64,000 nt of DNA from Octopus vulgaris (taxonomy: Eukaryota), in contig OX597826.1 in the NCBI GenBank assembly GCA_951406725.2, forward strand, positions 77,624,001 through 77,688,000, written 5' to 3'. Shown piece by piece: positions 1 through 13,823 of the stretch (the first letter of the stretch is position 1; every line of letters starts with the position of its first letter). The position numbers and the translations under genes are program-made. The notes under the pieces were generated by a model, which searched no databases, was not told where the DNA came from, and worked only from the letters and a program-made list of their open reading frames with translations.

Positions 1-255
1 TCATCATCATTTAGCAGCCGTTGTCCATGCTGGCATGGGTTGGACAGTTTGACCAGGGCTGGTAAACGGAGGGGTTGCACCAGACTCCAGGCTCATTTGG
101 CATGGTTTCTATGACTGGATGCCCTTCTTAATGCCAACCACTCCGAGAGTGTATTGACAGCTTTTACATACCACTGGCACAGGTGCCATTTGCGTGACAC
201 CAGTATCTGCCGTGATTACAATTTCAGTTGGCCTGAGGGGTCTTCTTCTCGAGCA
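1..255 (-). mobile_element. RTE-type LINE/SINE 3' tail (family C), partial
   Basis: (CAT)n followed by ccatgctggcatgggttggac...ggatgcccttcttaatgccaaccactcc. The same module recurs at about 5033, 8830-9280, 21678, 29940-30394, 33985-34213, 48205 and 51301. Confidence 0.7.
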
Positions 256-779
256 CATCACACACACACACACAGACACACACACAGATACACATCTGTG
301 ACATGCTTCCGCCCACATTCTGCATTCCACTTTTTATTCAAACAGCATTGACCGTTTCAAGGCTGTAGAAGACACTTATGATTCCATAGAGTGGGAATGA
401 ACTTGAAACGATGCGGTCGCAAATGGGGAATCACGCAGCAATCCCTGCATTGTTTATCTTACGATCATTCAACAACTGCACAGGTCTCACTAGTCTCTGG
501 GACAGCCTAATGATGACCATGACGCTGAGAAAGCGGAAGAGGGTGATGGTGATGATGAGGATGATGAGGATGGTACAATACTCATTGTATCAACAGATGC
601 ATAAAAGAAAACATGATCAATACAACAATAAAGGTGATAATGATGGTGGTGGTGGTGGTGGCGGTGATTAAAAATTAATTATTTTCTCATTATTGTATAG
701 AGACAGAGATAGAGAGTAGCAAATGAGGGGAGTTTGAGGAAAGGGGTGAGAGAGTGAGGAGCAAGCAGAGTGAAGAGCA

Positions 780-1190
780 AATAGAGAGGGGGAGAGTGAG
801 AAGCAAGGAGAGATAGGACATGGAGAGAGGGGCAAGGAGAGAGAGAGGAGCAAGGAGAGAGAGAGGAGTAAGGAGAGAGAGGAGCAAGGAGAGAGAGGAG
901 CAAGGAGAGAGAGGAGCAAGGAGAGAGAGGAGCAAGGAGAGAGAGAGGGGCAAGGAGAGAGAGAGGAGCAAGGAGAGAGAGAAGCAAGGGGAGAGAGGAG
1001 CAAGGGGAGAGAGAGTTGAGCAAGAGAGAGATGAGCAAGGAGAGAGAGAGATGAGCAAGGAGAGAGAGATGAGCAAGGAGAGAGAGAGAAGCAAGGAGGG
1101 AGAGAGAGGAGCAAGGAGGGAGTAAGAGGAGCAAGGAGAGAGAGGAGCAAGGAGGGAGTAAGAGGAGCAAGGAGAGAGAGGTGCAAGGAG
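780..1190. repeat. Purine-rich minisatellite, unit about 18-22 bp (GAGCAAGGAGAGAGAG)
   Basis: About 20 tandem copies of gcaagg(ag)n; source of the Leu/Ser/Pro-rich ORFs. Confidence 0.9.
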
Positions 1191-1395
1191 AATGAGGTGA
1201 AGTTGTTAAACCTGAACTGTAATTAACATTTCCCTAATTATCCCAGATTTACATATCATTATGGACATGCTATCTTGATCTCTTTACAGATGATGTTGTT
1301 ATTGCAGTTATTTAGCCCTAGGTCAATTGAGCCATATGATTGCTGATCAAAGGCATACCAGCCATGTCCATCCTGTCTCCTTATGTCAACTGTAT

Positions 1396-1750
1396 TTTTT
1401 TTACTTGTTTCAGTCATTTGACTGCGGCCACGCTGGAGCACCGCTTTTAGTCGAGCAAATCGAACCCAGGACTTATTTTTTGTAAGCCTAGTACTTATTC
1501 TATTGGTCTCTTTTGCCGAATCGCTAAGTTATGTGGACGTAAACACACCAGCATCGGTTGTCAAGCGATGTTGGGGGGACAAACACAGACACAAACACAT
1601 ATACACACGCACACATACAACAGGCTTCTTTCAGTTTCCATCTACCAAATCCACTCACAAGGCTTTGGTTGGCCCGAGGCTATAGTAGAAGACACTTGCT
1701 CAAGGTGCCACGCAGTGGGACTGAACCCAGAACCATCTGGTTGGTAACAC
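1396..1750 (-). mobile_element. tRNA-derived SINE (family A)
   Basis: Reverse complement of the 10234-10638 element, with its internal (CA)n tract. Confidence 0.85.
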
Positions 1751-2688
1751 CTATATATGTATTAATGAGTAAATTATGCATTATATTTGTGACCTGCTTT
1801 TTTTTAACAGTCCTATAGTGCGTATGTGATATGAGATAGTCTGCTATTATTTCTAGCAATTGAAAGGACCACACTGAAACTGCCTTGCTGTTTTTGTTGT
1901 TGCTGTTGTAAATTCATTAAAAGATGTTCCAGTTTAAGTACCAGCTATTATGATCAGAGAAAACAAACATTATATATATATATATATAGTATATAATTTC
2001 TGAACTGGAAAAGGTCGAATTCTGTTTTCAGACACCTGACCTCTGACCTTTTGTTCAGATGTAAATTAAGTGCAAAAGATTTCAGTGTCTTTATATCATA
2101 TCTCTTTTTTGGTTTTTTTATGGTTGACAGAGGGGGGGGTGAAGAGAGAGAAGACATGGAGAGGGGGGGATGAAGAGAGAGAAGACATGAAGAGGGGGAA
2201 GGAGATAAGAGGGAGGGAGAGTGACGGGGGTTGAGGTGAGAGGAGTTGCTTCTTTGACAGACAAAAAAATATACTGAAAAGCAAACCCATCCAACCTACA
2301 CAGAGATATCAAAAGTACAACACAAACAACTGATGATCATGGTGATGATGATGATGATACATCATCATTATCATCATCATCATCATCATAATTACAGTGA
2401 TGGAGGTGATGATGGGGAGGCTGCAATGCAGCCACATCAAACCCATAGATAAATTGTAAAAAAGGATGATGATGATGATGATGATATTAATGATGAAGTT
2501 GATGAGGAATATAATGACGACAATGAAGAGGAGGAGGCAGAAGTGTTGGCAATAATTATGATCAGGATAATGCTGCTGATGATGATGATGATGGTAGTAC
2601 TGAATATAGTAGTGGTGATGATGATGATGATGACAACACATAACATCATGATAGGCATAATTAAGACAATGAATAGTTATGATGATGA

Positions 2689-2722
<34 letters not shown>

Positions 2723-2896
2723 GGTGGTGGTGGTAATTATAATGATGAAGTGGGTGCATGAAATGGTGCAGATGATGGGGGCGATGATGATGATGGTGAC
2801 GACAGTGGTGGTGGTCATGGTAGTGATGGTGTATTTTTCCTCCTAGACTATTGATTATAAATAAAGACCTGGAGTGACTGGTTTCACGGGACAGCA

Positions 2897-2946
<50 letters not shown>

Positions 2947-3809
2947 AAGCTCAATCCAAATCTCACAACAACTGACTCACAACTGAATCACACAAAGTTA
3001 ACCCTTACTTCATCTTGATTGTTGTTGGCATTGTTGTTGTGGGTTTAGCCCTAGGTTAGCCTTATTTGATCGACTAAAGGTGGTGCTCCAGCATGGCCGT
3101 AGTCAAATGACTGAAACAATTAAAGAATTAAAGAACATCCATTACTCTGTAAATATGCCACAGTTCACCTTGAAATAATTCCCATAAAGATCTTGTCTTC
3201 CACACTCAATAAGAAGATTGGTCTAAACCCTTTTATAGTCTCTGCATTGGCCCCCTTCTGCCTCCCACCAATCCTCTACCAGAGTCTCTTCATATGTATG
3301 TATGTATAAATGCCGAGTGGTAAGAAGCTTTCTTGCCAACCACATGGTTCTGGGTTCAGTCCCACTGCAAAGCACCTTGGGCAAGTGCCTTGCAGTGTCA
3401 AGCTGATCAAAGCCTTTGGTAGATGGAAACTGAAAAAAGCCTCTTGTATATTTTGTTTGTGTGTTTGTGTGTGCATGTGCGTGTGTGTGTGAGTGCTTTT
3501 GTGACTGTGTTTGTCAACCAGTGTTGGTTTGTTTATATCTCGGTAACTTAGCAGTTCAGCAAAAGAGTACCAGGCTTAAAAATAAGTACTAGGGTCGATT
3601 TGATCAACTAAAATTCTCCCAGGCAGTATAATGACTGAAAAGAATGAAAAGAATGTCTGGTCATGGGAAGGGGAATTATTACCTCATTTGGAAACAGGTG
3701 AGGAGTGGCGACAGGGGGAGCATCTGGGCACGGAAAATTCTCCTCAAACAATTTCTCTTCAACCGATGCAAACTTGGGAAAGTGGACATGAACAACCGAG
3801 GATGGACAA

Positions 3810-4540
3810 CAAAGACGACAATGGTGATGATGATGATGGTGATGATGACGATAGTGATGACGATGATGGTGGTGATGATGACGATAGTGATGACGATGAT
3901 GGTGGTGATGATGATGATAGTGATGACGATGATGGTGGTGATGATGACGATAGTGATGACGATGATGGTGGTGATGATGATGATAGTGATGACGATGATG
4001 GTGGTGATGATGATGATAGTGATGACGATGATGGTGGTGATGATGATGATAGTGATGACGATGATGGTGGTGATGATGATGATGGTAATGACAATGATGA
4101 TGATGACGATGGTAATGACAATGATGATGATGACGATGATGATGATGATGATGATGATGATGATCACAATGATGTTGACGATGATGGTGATGACGATAAT
4201 GATGACAATGATAGCGATGACGATAATGATGGTGATGTCGATAGTGATGACGATGATGATGGTGATGCGAACGATGGTGATGACAATGATGATGATGAAA
4301 ATGATGATGACGATGATGATGATGATGGTAATGATGACGATGATGATCACAACGTTGATGATGATGATGGTGATGACGATGATGACGACGATGATGATGA
4401 TGATGACGATGATAGTGATGACGATAATGATGATAATGATGGTGATGTCGATAGTGATGACGATGATGATGGTGATGCGAACGATGGTGATGATTACAAT
4501 GATGGTGATAGTGATGATGATGACGATGATGGTGATGATT
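3810..4540. repeat. Compound (GAT/GAC/GGT)n satellite with higher-order structure
   Basis: 33-bp unit gatagtgatgacgatgatggtggtgatgatgay repeated about 7 times (3850-4080). The block ggtgatgtcgatagtgatgacgatgatgatggtgatgcgaacgatggtga occurs at 4231 and 4441 (210-bp period). Confidence 0.9.
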
Positions 4541-5193
4541 ATTATTGTCATATAAAACAGAAGAAAGAGTGGAGGAGAGATATAGCAGAGTTGTAATGTA
4601 AGACTAAGTGAAGGTTTAACAATCAGTTCAGTTTTGTTGTTGCTGTTGTTGTTGTTGTTGCTTGTTGTTGTAGTTGTTTGGTCAGTGATGAAGCAAGCCT
4701 CTGGTCAAAGGTTACGGCCAGTGTTAGGACGATGTCAGAAACCTATTGAAGAATAAAATGATAAAAAAAAATGTCCATTCTTTTATTTCTTTCATATTAT
4801 GGATTTTTTTGGGAGGATTATGAGAGAACTAAGAATCTGAAGAATATGGCTTGTGTGGTTGCCAAACGGTTCAGTTGTCTGTGTTTTAATTTCAAGATTT
4901 TGTCTGGTTTCTTAATTGGAAAAGAAACCCTTTTAATTCAGGAAACTCTAAGTTCTACTTTAATAAATTCTTCTGTTGTAGTCGAACAAGGGAAATAATT
5001 CCGATGGAGTCTCAGTTTGCTAGAAATGGTGCCATCATCATCATCGACATCGTTTAACGTCCTCCTTCCATGCTGGCATCGGTTGGACAGGTTGACAGGA
5101 GCCTGCACCATGCTTCTGTTTTGGCAGTTTTTTGTTGTTTCTTTACGGCTGGATGCCCTTCCTAACACCAACCACTGCAGAGTGGTTGGTGTT

Positions 5194-5458
5194 AGGAAGG
5201 AAGGAAAGAAAGAAAGAAAGAAGGAAAGAAAGAAGGAAAGAAGGAAGGAAGGAAGGAAGGAAAGAAAGAAAGGAAAGAAGGAAAGAAAGAAAGAAAGAAA
5301 GAGGAAGGAAAGAAGGAAAGAAAGAAAGAAAAAAGAAAAAAGAAGGAAGGAAGGAGAGAGGGAAGGGGAAGAAAGAAAGAAAGGAAGAAAGGAAGGAGGA
5401 AAGGAAGGAAGGAAGGAAGGAAGGAAGGAAGGAAGGAAGGAAGAAAGGAAGGAAAAAG
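5194..5458. repeat. (GAAG/GAAA)n tetranucleotide microsatellite
   Basis: Pure purine tract of aagg/aaag repeats. Confidence 0.95.
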
Positions 5459-5729
5459 ATTCAAGAGACAAGAGATAAACGTGGACATAAAAAAAGACAG
5501 AAAGGTCATGGCTGGAACATCTTTGATCTTCTGCCTCTCCCCTGTGAGCATTGATCTGGAGTTAAACAACATCAGTTGGTCAGTTCATCCACACTGGTGT
5601 TTCAATCTGCAGCTATTTTGAGCAGGGGCAGAAACAGTGTCCTGACAATGATGAAGAGGTGAATCAAAGCACAGAGTTGCAGTTTTTATCTCAGCCAATA
5701 AATATAGGAATCTTTCGTGTTGGGAATTC

Positions 5730-5921
5730 AAGCTTGCTCACCAACCACATGGTTCTGGGTTCATTCCTACTGCATTGCACCTTGGGCAAGTGTCTTCTAC
5801 TATAGCCTCAGACCGCCCAAAACCTTGTGAGTAGATTTGGTAGATGGAAACTGAAAGAAGCTCATCATATATATGTATGTATGTGTGTGCGTGTGTGTGT
5901 GTGTGTGTGTGCGTGTGCGTG

Positions 5922-5965
<44 letters not shown>

Positions 5966-6178
5966 CACGTGTGTATGTATGTTTGTGTGTCTGTGCTTGT
6001 CCCCCGACAGCGCTTGACAACTGATGCTGGTATGTCCCCGTAACTTAGCAGCTTGGCAAAAAAGACCAATAGAATAAGTACTGGGCTTACAAAGAATAAG
6101 TCCTGGGGTCGATTTGCTCGACTAAAAGACGGTGCTCCAGCATGACCACAATCAAATGACTGAAACAAATAAAAGAGA
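5730..6178 (+). mobile_element. tRNA-derived SINE (family A), 5'-truncated
   Basis: ccaaccacatggttctgggttcattcc...caccttgggcaagtgtcttctactatagcc...aaatgactgaaacaa. Confidence 0.85.
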
Positions 6179-7404
6179 TGGAAAAGATGTCTTTTAGCCA
6201 TAGACTGACCACAGGACAGTGGATACGAAGTCATCGAGAATAAGCTTTTTAGAGACATGGATTATTTACTACGGATAAATAATTGAATAACAGGGAAACC
6301 ATGAGGGGGGGACATGGTAACAATGAAAATGATGATGATGATGATGATGGTAATGACAATGATGATGGTAGCGGTAGTGGTGGTCATGGTAGTGGTGGTG
6401 ATGACAATGATGATGGTGGTGGAGATAATGACAATGACGATGATGAAGATGATGATGGTGATGATGATGATGGTAATGACAATGATGATGATAGTGGTAG
6501 TGGTGGTCGTGGTAGTAATGACAATGATGGAAATGATGGTGGTGTTGATGATGGTGATGTTGATGATGATGATGGTGATGGAGATGTTAATGAAGATAAA
6601 CAGCACCATTTATAATGAGGACAATGGTAACGGTGTTCATAGCCAAAGTGATGACAAAGACAAAATCGATGACACTGTTCTTAATACTGATGACGAGAAT
6701 GGTGATACTGGTTTTGTTTCAGACGCAAAAGTACGAAACACTAAATAGAAACATAGAAAGGAACCAAAGAATAAAGAAGAAAAAAAACTGAAGAGAAGAG
6801 TGGGATGGGCATGGGTGGAGCGAGGTGAGGGCGAGAAATGAAACTAATTATGTGCGTTAAATTAGGACAACATTTAGTTAAGGAATCATAAAAAAAATAA
6901 ATAATAAACGACAACAACAAGAAAAAAACTGCAAAAATTTAAAACAAAGAATTATGGAAACTTTGAAATTGTAATATTATAGAAAACACACCCATAACAC
7001 ATATAAAAGGGGCCGCACCCACTTTGCTCAGAAGCAAAAGATAGCTTTAACACAAAGAATTTACTACTACTGCTGCTACTGCTGCTGCTGCTACTGTTCA
7101 TGTTGTGGCTATGACCTGAATGAAAATTAAGACAATAACGACATCGAATGAAAATTGTTGTTGTCGTTGTTGTTGTTGTTGTGCAGGTGATGTTGGTGAT
7201 GTTGGTGGCACATGACTGAAATATGGGTCATTATCTTTAACGATGATTATATTGAAATGTTGGTGGACGACATCACTTCATACAGCGTGGAATGCTCCAG
7301 TTCCAAACCTGAAGAATAACTCTCACCGTTTCCAGAAGAGAAGAAGAAAAGGGCTCTGGGAGCTGTGCTGCGTTCAAAACTGTGTCACCCTTTGAATTGC
7401 GTGC

Positions 7405-7775
7405 GATTGTGATTGTGTGTGTGTGTGTGTGTGTGTGATTGTGATTGTGTGTGTGTGTGTGTGTGTGTGATTGTGATTGTGTGTGTGTGTGTGATTGTGT
7501 GATTGTGTGTGTGTGTGAGTGCGATTGTGTATGTGCGCAATTGTGATTGTGTGTGCGATTGTGTGTGTGTGAGAGAGAAAGAGAGAAAGAGAAAGAGAGA
7601 GAGAGAAAGAAAGAGAAAGAGAGAGAGAAAGAGAGAGGGAGAGAAAGAGAGAGAAAGAGAGAGAGAGAAAGAAAGAGAAAGAGAGAGAGAGAGAAAGAAA
7701 GAGAAAGGGAGAGAAAGAGAGAGATAGAGAGAAAGAAAGAGAGAGAGAGAGAAAGAAAGAGAAAGAGAGAGAGGA
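7405..7775. repeat. Compound (GATT-GT)n and (GA/GAAA)n microsatellite
   Basis: Direct inspection. Confidence 0.9.
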
Positions 7776-7924
7776 TGTATGTGTGTATGTACAAGCAGTA
7801 ACATCCCACTTTTTCTGCTCCCCTATTAAACACCGATCCATTACAGTGCTGCCACCCAGTGACATTTTCTGTAAGGTAGCGCTCTATAATTATAATAACT
7901 GGCCCCTGTCAGGTATGACAGCAA

Positions 7925-8220
7925 GTTTTCCAGTTCATCCAATCAACGGAATATCCTGCTCATGAAATTAACAATCAAATGGCTGAGTACTCCACAGACA
8001 TACGACATACCCTTAACATAGTTCTCAAAGAAATTCAGCGTGACACAGAATGTGACAAGATTTGCCCCTTTTGAATTACAGGTACTACTCATTTTTGCCG
8101 GCTGAGTGCACTGGAGCAATGTGGAATAAAGTGTCTTGCTCAAGGACACAATGCATCACTGGGAATTGAACTCACTACCTTACGATCGTGAGCCGAATCC
8201 CCCTAACCACTTAGCCATTC
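7925..8220 (-). mobile_element. tRNA-derived SINE (family D)
   Basis: On the minus strand, tggctaagtggttaggg (A box) and gagttcaattccc (B box); 3' part resembles 34571-34915. Confidence 0.65.
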
Positions 8221-8826
8221 ACTGGGATGATCAGGACCAGAATGGATCTGATCAAAGTCTGCTTAGTCAGGGCTGACCAAGGGCTAAATGACAGCAATAG
8301 CATAAGAATAATAAACAGTTTAAATTAACTAAAACAACCCCCAAAACAATTAAATATCACCAAAAGTGGTGTTGTGGGGGGTGGGGCAATGATGCATAAT
8401 CGAATTTAGCAAACAGGATCAGCTGACATGAAAATATTGAGCACCAAACAAACCATTTCCACTTTGGGAACTCTGCCAGAAGTCTAATAGTTAAGTCAAT
8501 ACAATACAGTTTATCTTGCCTCATATGATTACCTGTTCCAGTTCGTTAAACATTCTAATGAATGTTAAATGTTGCATTTTTACTAATTATTTCAGGACTC
8601 AAAATAGGAGAACATCAGAAAAAAAATGATAAGTATTATTTGTTGTGGTTCTGGAAATTTTGAATTTAAATCCAGACAAGGTCAACTTCAGCTTTCAAAC
8701 TTCCAGGGTCAGCAAAAGAAAGAACCAGTCAAGTACTTGAATCAACAGAATCTACTTGTTAAGGCAGAGAGCTGGCAGAATCGTTACCACGCTCAGCAAA
8801 ATGTTTAGCAGTATTTCATTCTGCTT

Positions 8827-9280
8827 GCAAAGACCAGTTGAGGCAAGTGAAATCAAAGTCGAAATCAAACTCGGTGACTGGCATCCGTTGGTAGTGGAGC
8901 ACTAAGAGTACCATACAAGTGAGATCGTTGCCAGAGCAACAAACTGGCCTTCATGCCAATGGCACGTTAAACACACCATTTGAACCTGATCGTTACCACG
9001 TCGCCTTACTAGCACTTGTGCTGGTGGCATGTGAAACATTCGAGCGAGGTCATCACCAGTGCCACATAAAAAGCACCATTTGGGCGTGGCCGTTGCCAGT
9101 TCCACCTAACTGGCCCTCGTGCCGGTGTCACGTAAAAGCACCCACTCAGAGTGGTTGGCATTAGGAAGGGCATCCAGCTGTAGAAACTCTTCCAGATCAG
9201 ATTGGAGTCTGGTTCGTCAGACCTCAGTCAAATCGTCCAACCCATGCTAGCATGGAAAGCAGATGTTAAATGATGATGAT
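8827..9280 (+). mobile_element. RTE-type LINE/SINE 3' tail (family C)
   Basis: Internal gccggtggcacgtaaaagcacc-type repeats, then ggcattaggaagggcatccagctgtagaaac, ending in (GAT)n. Confidence 0.75.
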
Positions 9281-10233
9281 TCATTAGTCTTCACATTCTG
9301 AGTTCAAATTCAGCTGAGCTTGACTTTGCCTTTCATCCTTTAGGATCAATAAAATAAATACCAGTCATATACCGGGATCGATGTAATCAACTTGTCACTC
9401 TTCCCAAATTTCAGGTCTTGTACCTAAAGTAGAAAGGGATACAATCCACTTGTGGCCCTCACACCAAAATTTCTGGTCTTTCTCCCATGTTAGAAAAAAT
9501 TATTATAGGACAGATAATTGCCAAAACCATTAGAAGAGAGGACAAGATGTCCGAAATCATCATTATTCTTAGAGATGAAAATCTTGGATTTGATTGGTCT
9601 TTCATCCATACATAGTCTCAATAAAATAATAGCTAATTACTAGGATTAAATTAATTACCTAGGATCAACCATTACAGTATTGACCAGACAATCAGATATT
9701 ATTTATTATACATCACTGGTCCCAATGCATTTTGGATCATTTTAGCTCTTGAATGATGCCACCCTGCTGACCAGGCAAGCAGGCCAACATTACCCTTGAT
9801 CAGAGGCTATGCTGTTGGAGTTGCCCATTTAAAGCAGAGTAGAATGGAACAACATGAAATGAAGTGCTTTGATCAAAAACACAATGTGCTGCCTGGTCCA
9901 GGAACTGAACCCAAGATCTAACGATTGTGAGTTCAATGTCCTAACCACTACACCACATACCTTCACATAATCGATTATATCTGCACCAAATCCACAGACA
10001 ACTAACAACACTGGACTACTTCTTTATTTCATCAAAGGTAAAATTGAGCTTGATGAGATGTGAACCTAGAACATAAAGACTTCTAACTAAAACCACAATA
10101 ATCACAACACTAAAACCAGTGCTTCTCGGCCTTTTTAATTCCAGGGTCAGTTTCCTAACCATGGATTTTGTTTTTAGGGCACAGCACGAAAAGAAATAAA
10201 ATGCAAGTCAAAATAAAGAAAAATTCATTTTTA

Positions 10234-10395
10234 GGCGCAGGAGTGGCTGCGTGGTAAGTAGCTTGCTTACCAACCACATGGTTCCGAGTTCAGTCCCACT
10301 GCATGGCACCTTGGGCAATTGCCTTCTACTATAGCCTCGGGCTGACTAAAGCCTTGTGAGTGGATTTGGTAGACGGAAACTGAAAGAAGCCTGTC

Positions 10396-10433
<38 letters not shown>

Positions 10434-10638
10434 ATGTCTGTGTGTGTGTGTCTGTTTGTCCCCCCCAACATCGCTTGACAACCAATGCTGGTGTGTTCAC
10501 GCCCTCGTAACTTAGCACTTCGGCAAAAGAGACTGATAGAATAAGTACTAGGGTTACAAAGAATAAGCTCGATATGCTTGACTAAAGGTGGTGCTCCAGC
10601 ATGGCTGCAGTCAAATGACTGAAACAAATAAACGAATA
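10234..10638 (+). mobile_element. Full-length tRNA-derived SINE (family A; reference copy)
   Basis: A-box-like tggctgcgtggtaag, B-box-like gagttcagtccc, CORE-like caccttgggcaa, internal (TG)n, 3' gcagtcaaatgactgaaacaa. More than 12 copies occur in the window. Confidence 0.88.
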
Positions 10639-11202
10639 TTTATAGAGGCAAGGCTATCAGGGACCACCAGAAAAATACTTGAGGGTCACAGGCAACCTTG
10701 AGAGCTGTGGTTGAGAACCTCTGAGCCAAACTTTTAAGAGGACAAAGGGACACAGCCAATGATGTCAGTTCTAGAAACTATAGATGGATACTTGGAAGCA
10801 GGAGATAATGTTACATGATTTATCCTCTCTTCATTCAGTGAACTACAGAGAGATTTGATGAAAACCTTGTTATTATTTCTAGCAGAATTACCAGCCACAA
10901 AGTGACCCCATTGTTTGCTGTTATCACCATTGACCATTGTATATCTACAAAACTGGATCTGAGGTAGATTAGATGTTATTTCTAGCAGATTCAGTAGCCG
11001 AGTAGAGACTCCCTGATTGAGTCATTCTTTGATTTATTGTCTGGATATATATATATGGTCTAGGAACTAAATTAGATGGTAAACCTCTTTGATTTTTAAT
11101 CCTTTCGGGAATTTATCCCTAATTAGTGGTTTGAGTTTTCTACTGCTCTTTCTAGCACAAGGCTTTCCTATTTGGAAGCCTCTTAATGTGTCTTAATGTA
11201 CA

Positions 11203-11253
<51 letters not shown>

Positions 11254-11313
11254 TAGATATATAGATATATATATATATATACATACATACTTACATACAT
11301 ACATATATGTATA

Positions 11314-11353
<40 letters not shown>

Positions 11354-11899
11354 GTTCCTGAAAGGAAATTTCTAGAAAATTCTAATTTCATCTCTCCATC
11401 AAAGAAAGGTCAAGAACAAACAGTTTGGCTTTTAATGGAGCAAAACCAAAGAGAAGACATTCACCAGCTCATGGCATCAGTCTAGACAAAAAGCACTTTT
11501 TTATTATTTATTTATTTATTCACATTATTTTTATTTACTTTTATTTTTTATTCTTAATTTTTCTGATCTGACGAAACGAAACCATAAGTTCTATCCAGTA
11601 ACCATGGATAAATAATCCATTGGATTCTTCCAGCAATAAAAGACTACTTTTACTAAGGTCAAACGATTTAATCTATATTTGAAGAATGGAACTTTGAGTG
11701 AGCGCAAAAAAAATAAAAAACATACAGAAAGGAAAATTGGAATTCAATTTTCGGTTTGTTTTGGAAGAGTTGGGGAAGCAAGGATTTTCAATTTGTTTGA
11801 ATTTGTGTTAGTCTGAATTACCAAATATATGTGCATGTGTGTGTGTGAGTGTGTGTGTGTGTGTGTGTGTGCACATTCTTTAAATAAAGGAATCAAATA

Positions 11900-12395
11900 T
11901 TGGTTTCAAATTTTGGTACAAGGCCAGCAATTTTGGGGAAGGGGTGAAATTAATTACATCGATCCCAGTGCTTAACTGGTCCTTATTTTATTTATTTCAT
12001 TATTGCCCACAAGGGGCTAAACATAGAGGGGACAAACAAGGATAGACAAAGGAATTAAGTCGATTACATCGACCCCAGGACATAACTAGTACTTATTTAA
12101 TCGACCCTGAAAGTATGAAAAGCAAAGTCGACCTCAGCAGAATTTGAACTCAGAACGTGAAGACAGACAAAATGCCACTAAGCATGCTAATGATTCTTTT
12201 CTACTCTAGGCACAAGGTCTGAAATTTTGGGGGAGGGGACCAGTCGATTAGATTGACCCCAGTAGGCAACTGGTACTTGATTTATCGACCCCAAAAGGAT
12301 GAAAGGCAAAGTTGACCTCAGAATATATAGACAGACGAAATACCACTCAGCATATTGCCCAGCATGCTGATATTTCTGTCAGCTTGCTGCCTTAG
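11900..12395 (-). mobile_element. Nested cluster of family B SINEs
   Basis: Three partial copies of gaccccagt...actggtactt...atcgacccc gaaaggatgaaaggcaaagtcgacctc. Confidence 0.8.
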
Positions 12396-12442
12396 CGGAA
12401 TCACATTGTCATCGTGGTGGTGGCGGTGACGATGATGATGAT

Positions 12443-12710
12443 GGCATTCAGTGATGACATCAGGATGGAATTTGGTCTTGATAAATGTTCCAAGGCCACT
12501 TTCCAGAAAGGGAAACTGAAAACCTCACATTCAGTGGTGTTGGATGTTGGCAAAGTCATAAAAGAACTCGAGCAGGAACAAACTTACAAATACCTTGAAA
12601 TAAATAAAGGTTCTGGCATTCAGCATGCAAGTATGAAAGGGAAGATCAGGAAGGAGTGTTACAGGAGAGTTCAAGCAGTCCTAAAATCTGAGTTAAATGC
12701 AAGTAACAAG
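12443..12710 (+). pseudogene. Fragment of non-LTR retrotransposon reverse transcriptase (R4/Dong-like, end of RT and thumb)
   Basis: FSDDIRMEFGLDKC...TYKYLEI...KIRKECYRRVQAVLKSELNASNK matches the FSxDIxMxFGLDKC / YKYLG / KSxLNxxNK pattern of R4/Dong-type elements. Confidence 0.8.
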
Positions 12711-13444
12711 GCAGAATTTAAACTCAGAACGCAGTGATAGGCAAAATACTGCTAAGCATCTCATCCAGCACAATTTTCTCATTGAGCCCCATATAAAGGT
12801 GATTTCTTAGTGGTAACTCAAGAATGTTGAAGCATTCACTTGACATCTCGATTTCAATGGCAGTTAGAAGACACAGATTTTATCATCATGAATGCAGCAC
12901 AATTTTTTCCAGTTGTGATGGGCCAGTCACAGATTTATACCAGTTAGATTGCTGTAGATCCCAATAGTATGTTTCTGCTAATGTGTAATTGTTGCTGTTA
13001 GCCCTCATCCAAAGACCAACACAGAAAACACCATATGCAGTAAATAAAGCTTCTGTTAATCATTCAGGAGTGTTGTTAATCCTTTTTACCTGCATCTCTA
13101 GAAGGACATGGCCATTTTCCACCAACATGAAATACACAAATGGCACCTCACAATACCATAAATAACCCTTGCTACAATAGGCACAAGGCCTGAAATTTGG
13201 GGGGAGGGGTTAAGTCGATTACATCGACCTCAGTGCACAACTGGTACTTATTTTATCAATGAATTTATAAACCTTTGAAAGAACATGGAATAAATCATTT
13301 TAGGAATTGGTTCTCAAAATACATATAAAACAGTTGTAGCATATCGAAAACTGAATTGCTGGATAGTTGGGTAGACATCACGACTAAGCCACAGCTGTTT
13401 CACATGATCAGCCTATTAATAACCAATCAGCATAAAATCATTGC

Positions 13445-13470
13445 ATAATAACAATAATAATAATAATAAC

Positions 13471-13517
<47 letters not shown>

Positions 13518-13518
13518 C
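13445..13518. repeat. (AAT)n microsatellite
   Basis: Direct inspection; abuts the HHR-bearing repeat. Confidence 0.95.
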
Positions 13519-13567
13519 ATTGAAAAATACCTTAGGAATGAGAACCCATGTTAGAAATTTCCCCCAA

Positions 13568-13613
13568 GACACCTGAAGAAGGCTGGAGGGTATATCAGCC
13601 AAAATGTTGTGTT
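13568..13613 (+). ncRNA. Decayed minimal type I hammerhead motif (Penelope-like pLTR fragment, about 13519-13668)
   Basis: GACAC-CUGAAGA-A-GGCUG(10-nt loop)CAGCC-AAAA-UG-UU-GUGUU. Helices I and II are intact. An ancestral CCGAAACGUU would give CCAAAAUGUU by two CpG transitions. Confidence 0.6.
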
Positions 13614-13823
13614 AACAACAAACAAGATGAGGACAAATATCCGTCAAACGTAAATAAGGTAAATAATGTAGGGGTTTTGTACCGAAAATTTCCAAAAGAG
13701 AACAATAGTAGTAGTTTTCATTTAGAACAATTCTTTAAAATGCTCTTTGAAAATTGAAAAATATAAATCATAAAAAAGGATGAAAGTGAATTAGTTTGTA
13801 AGTATAGAGAGATGGCTGTTTAA

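Noticed and set aside
780-1190. Regularly spaced repeats as a CRISPR-like array
   Set aside because: No unique spacers and a eukaryotic context; a simple minisatellite
3631-4596. 321-aa Asp-rich ORF resembling acidic biomineral proteins
   Set aside because: It starts inside a SINE tail, has no signal peptide, and is a (GAT)n satellite open in several frames; similar tracts occur at 6.3 and 16.6 kb
10234-10310. tRNA genes at A/B-box motifs (also 30670, 34571)
   Set aside because: These are SINE heads with no cloverleaf, continuing into SINE bodies
10734-10937. 67-aa protein-like ORF
   Set aside because: Overlaps degenerate family F repeat motifs (ttatttctagcag); no homology recognised
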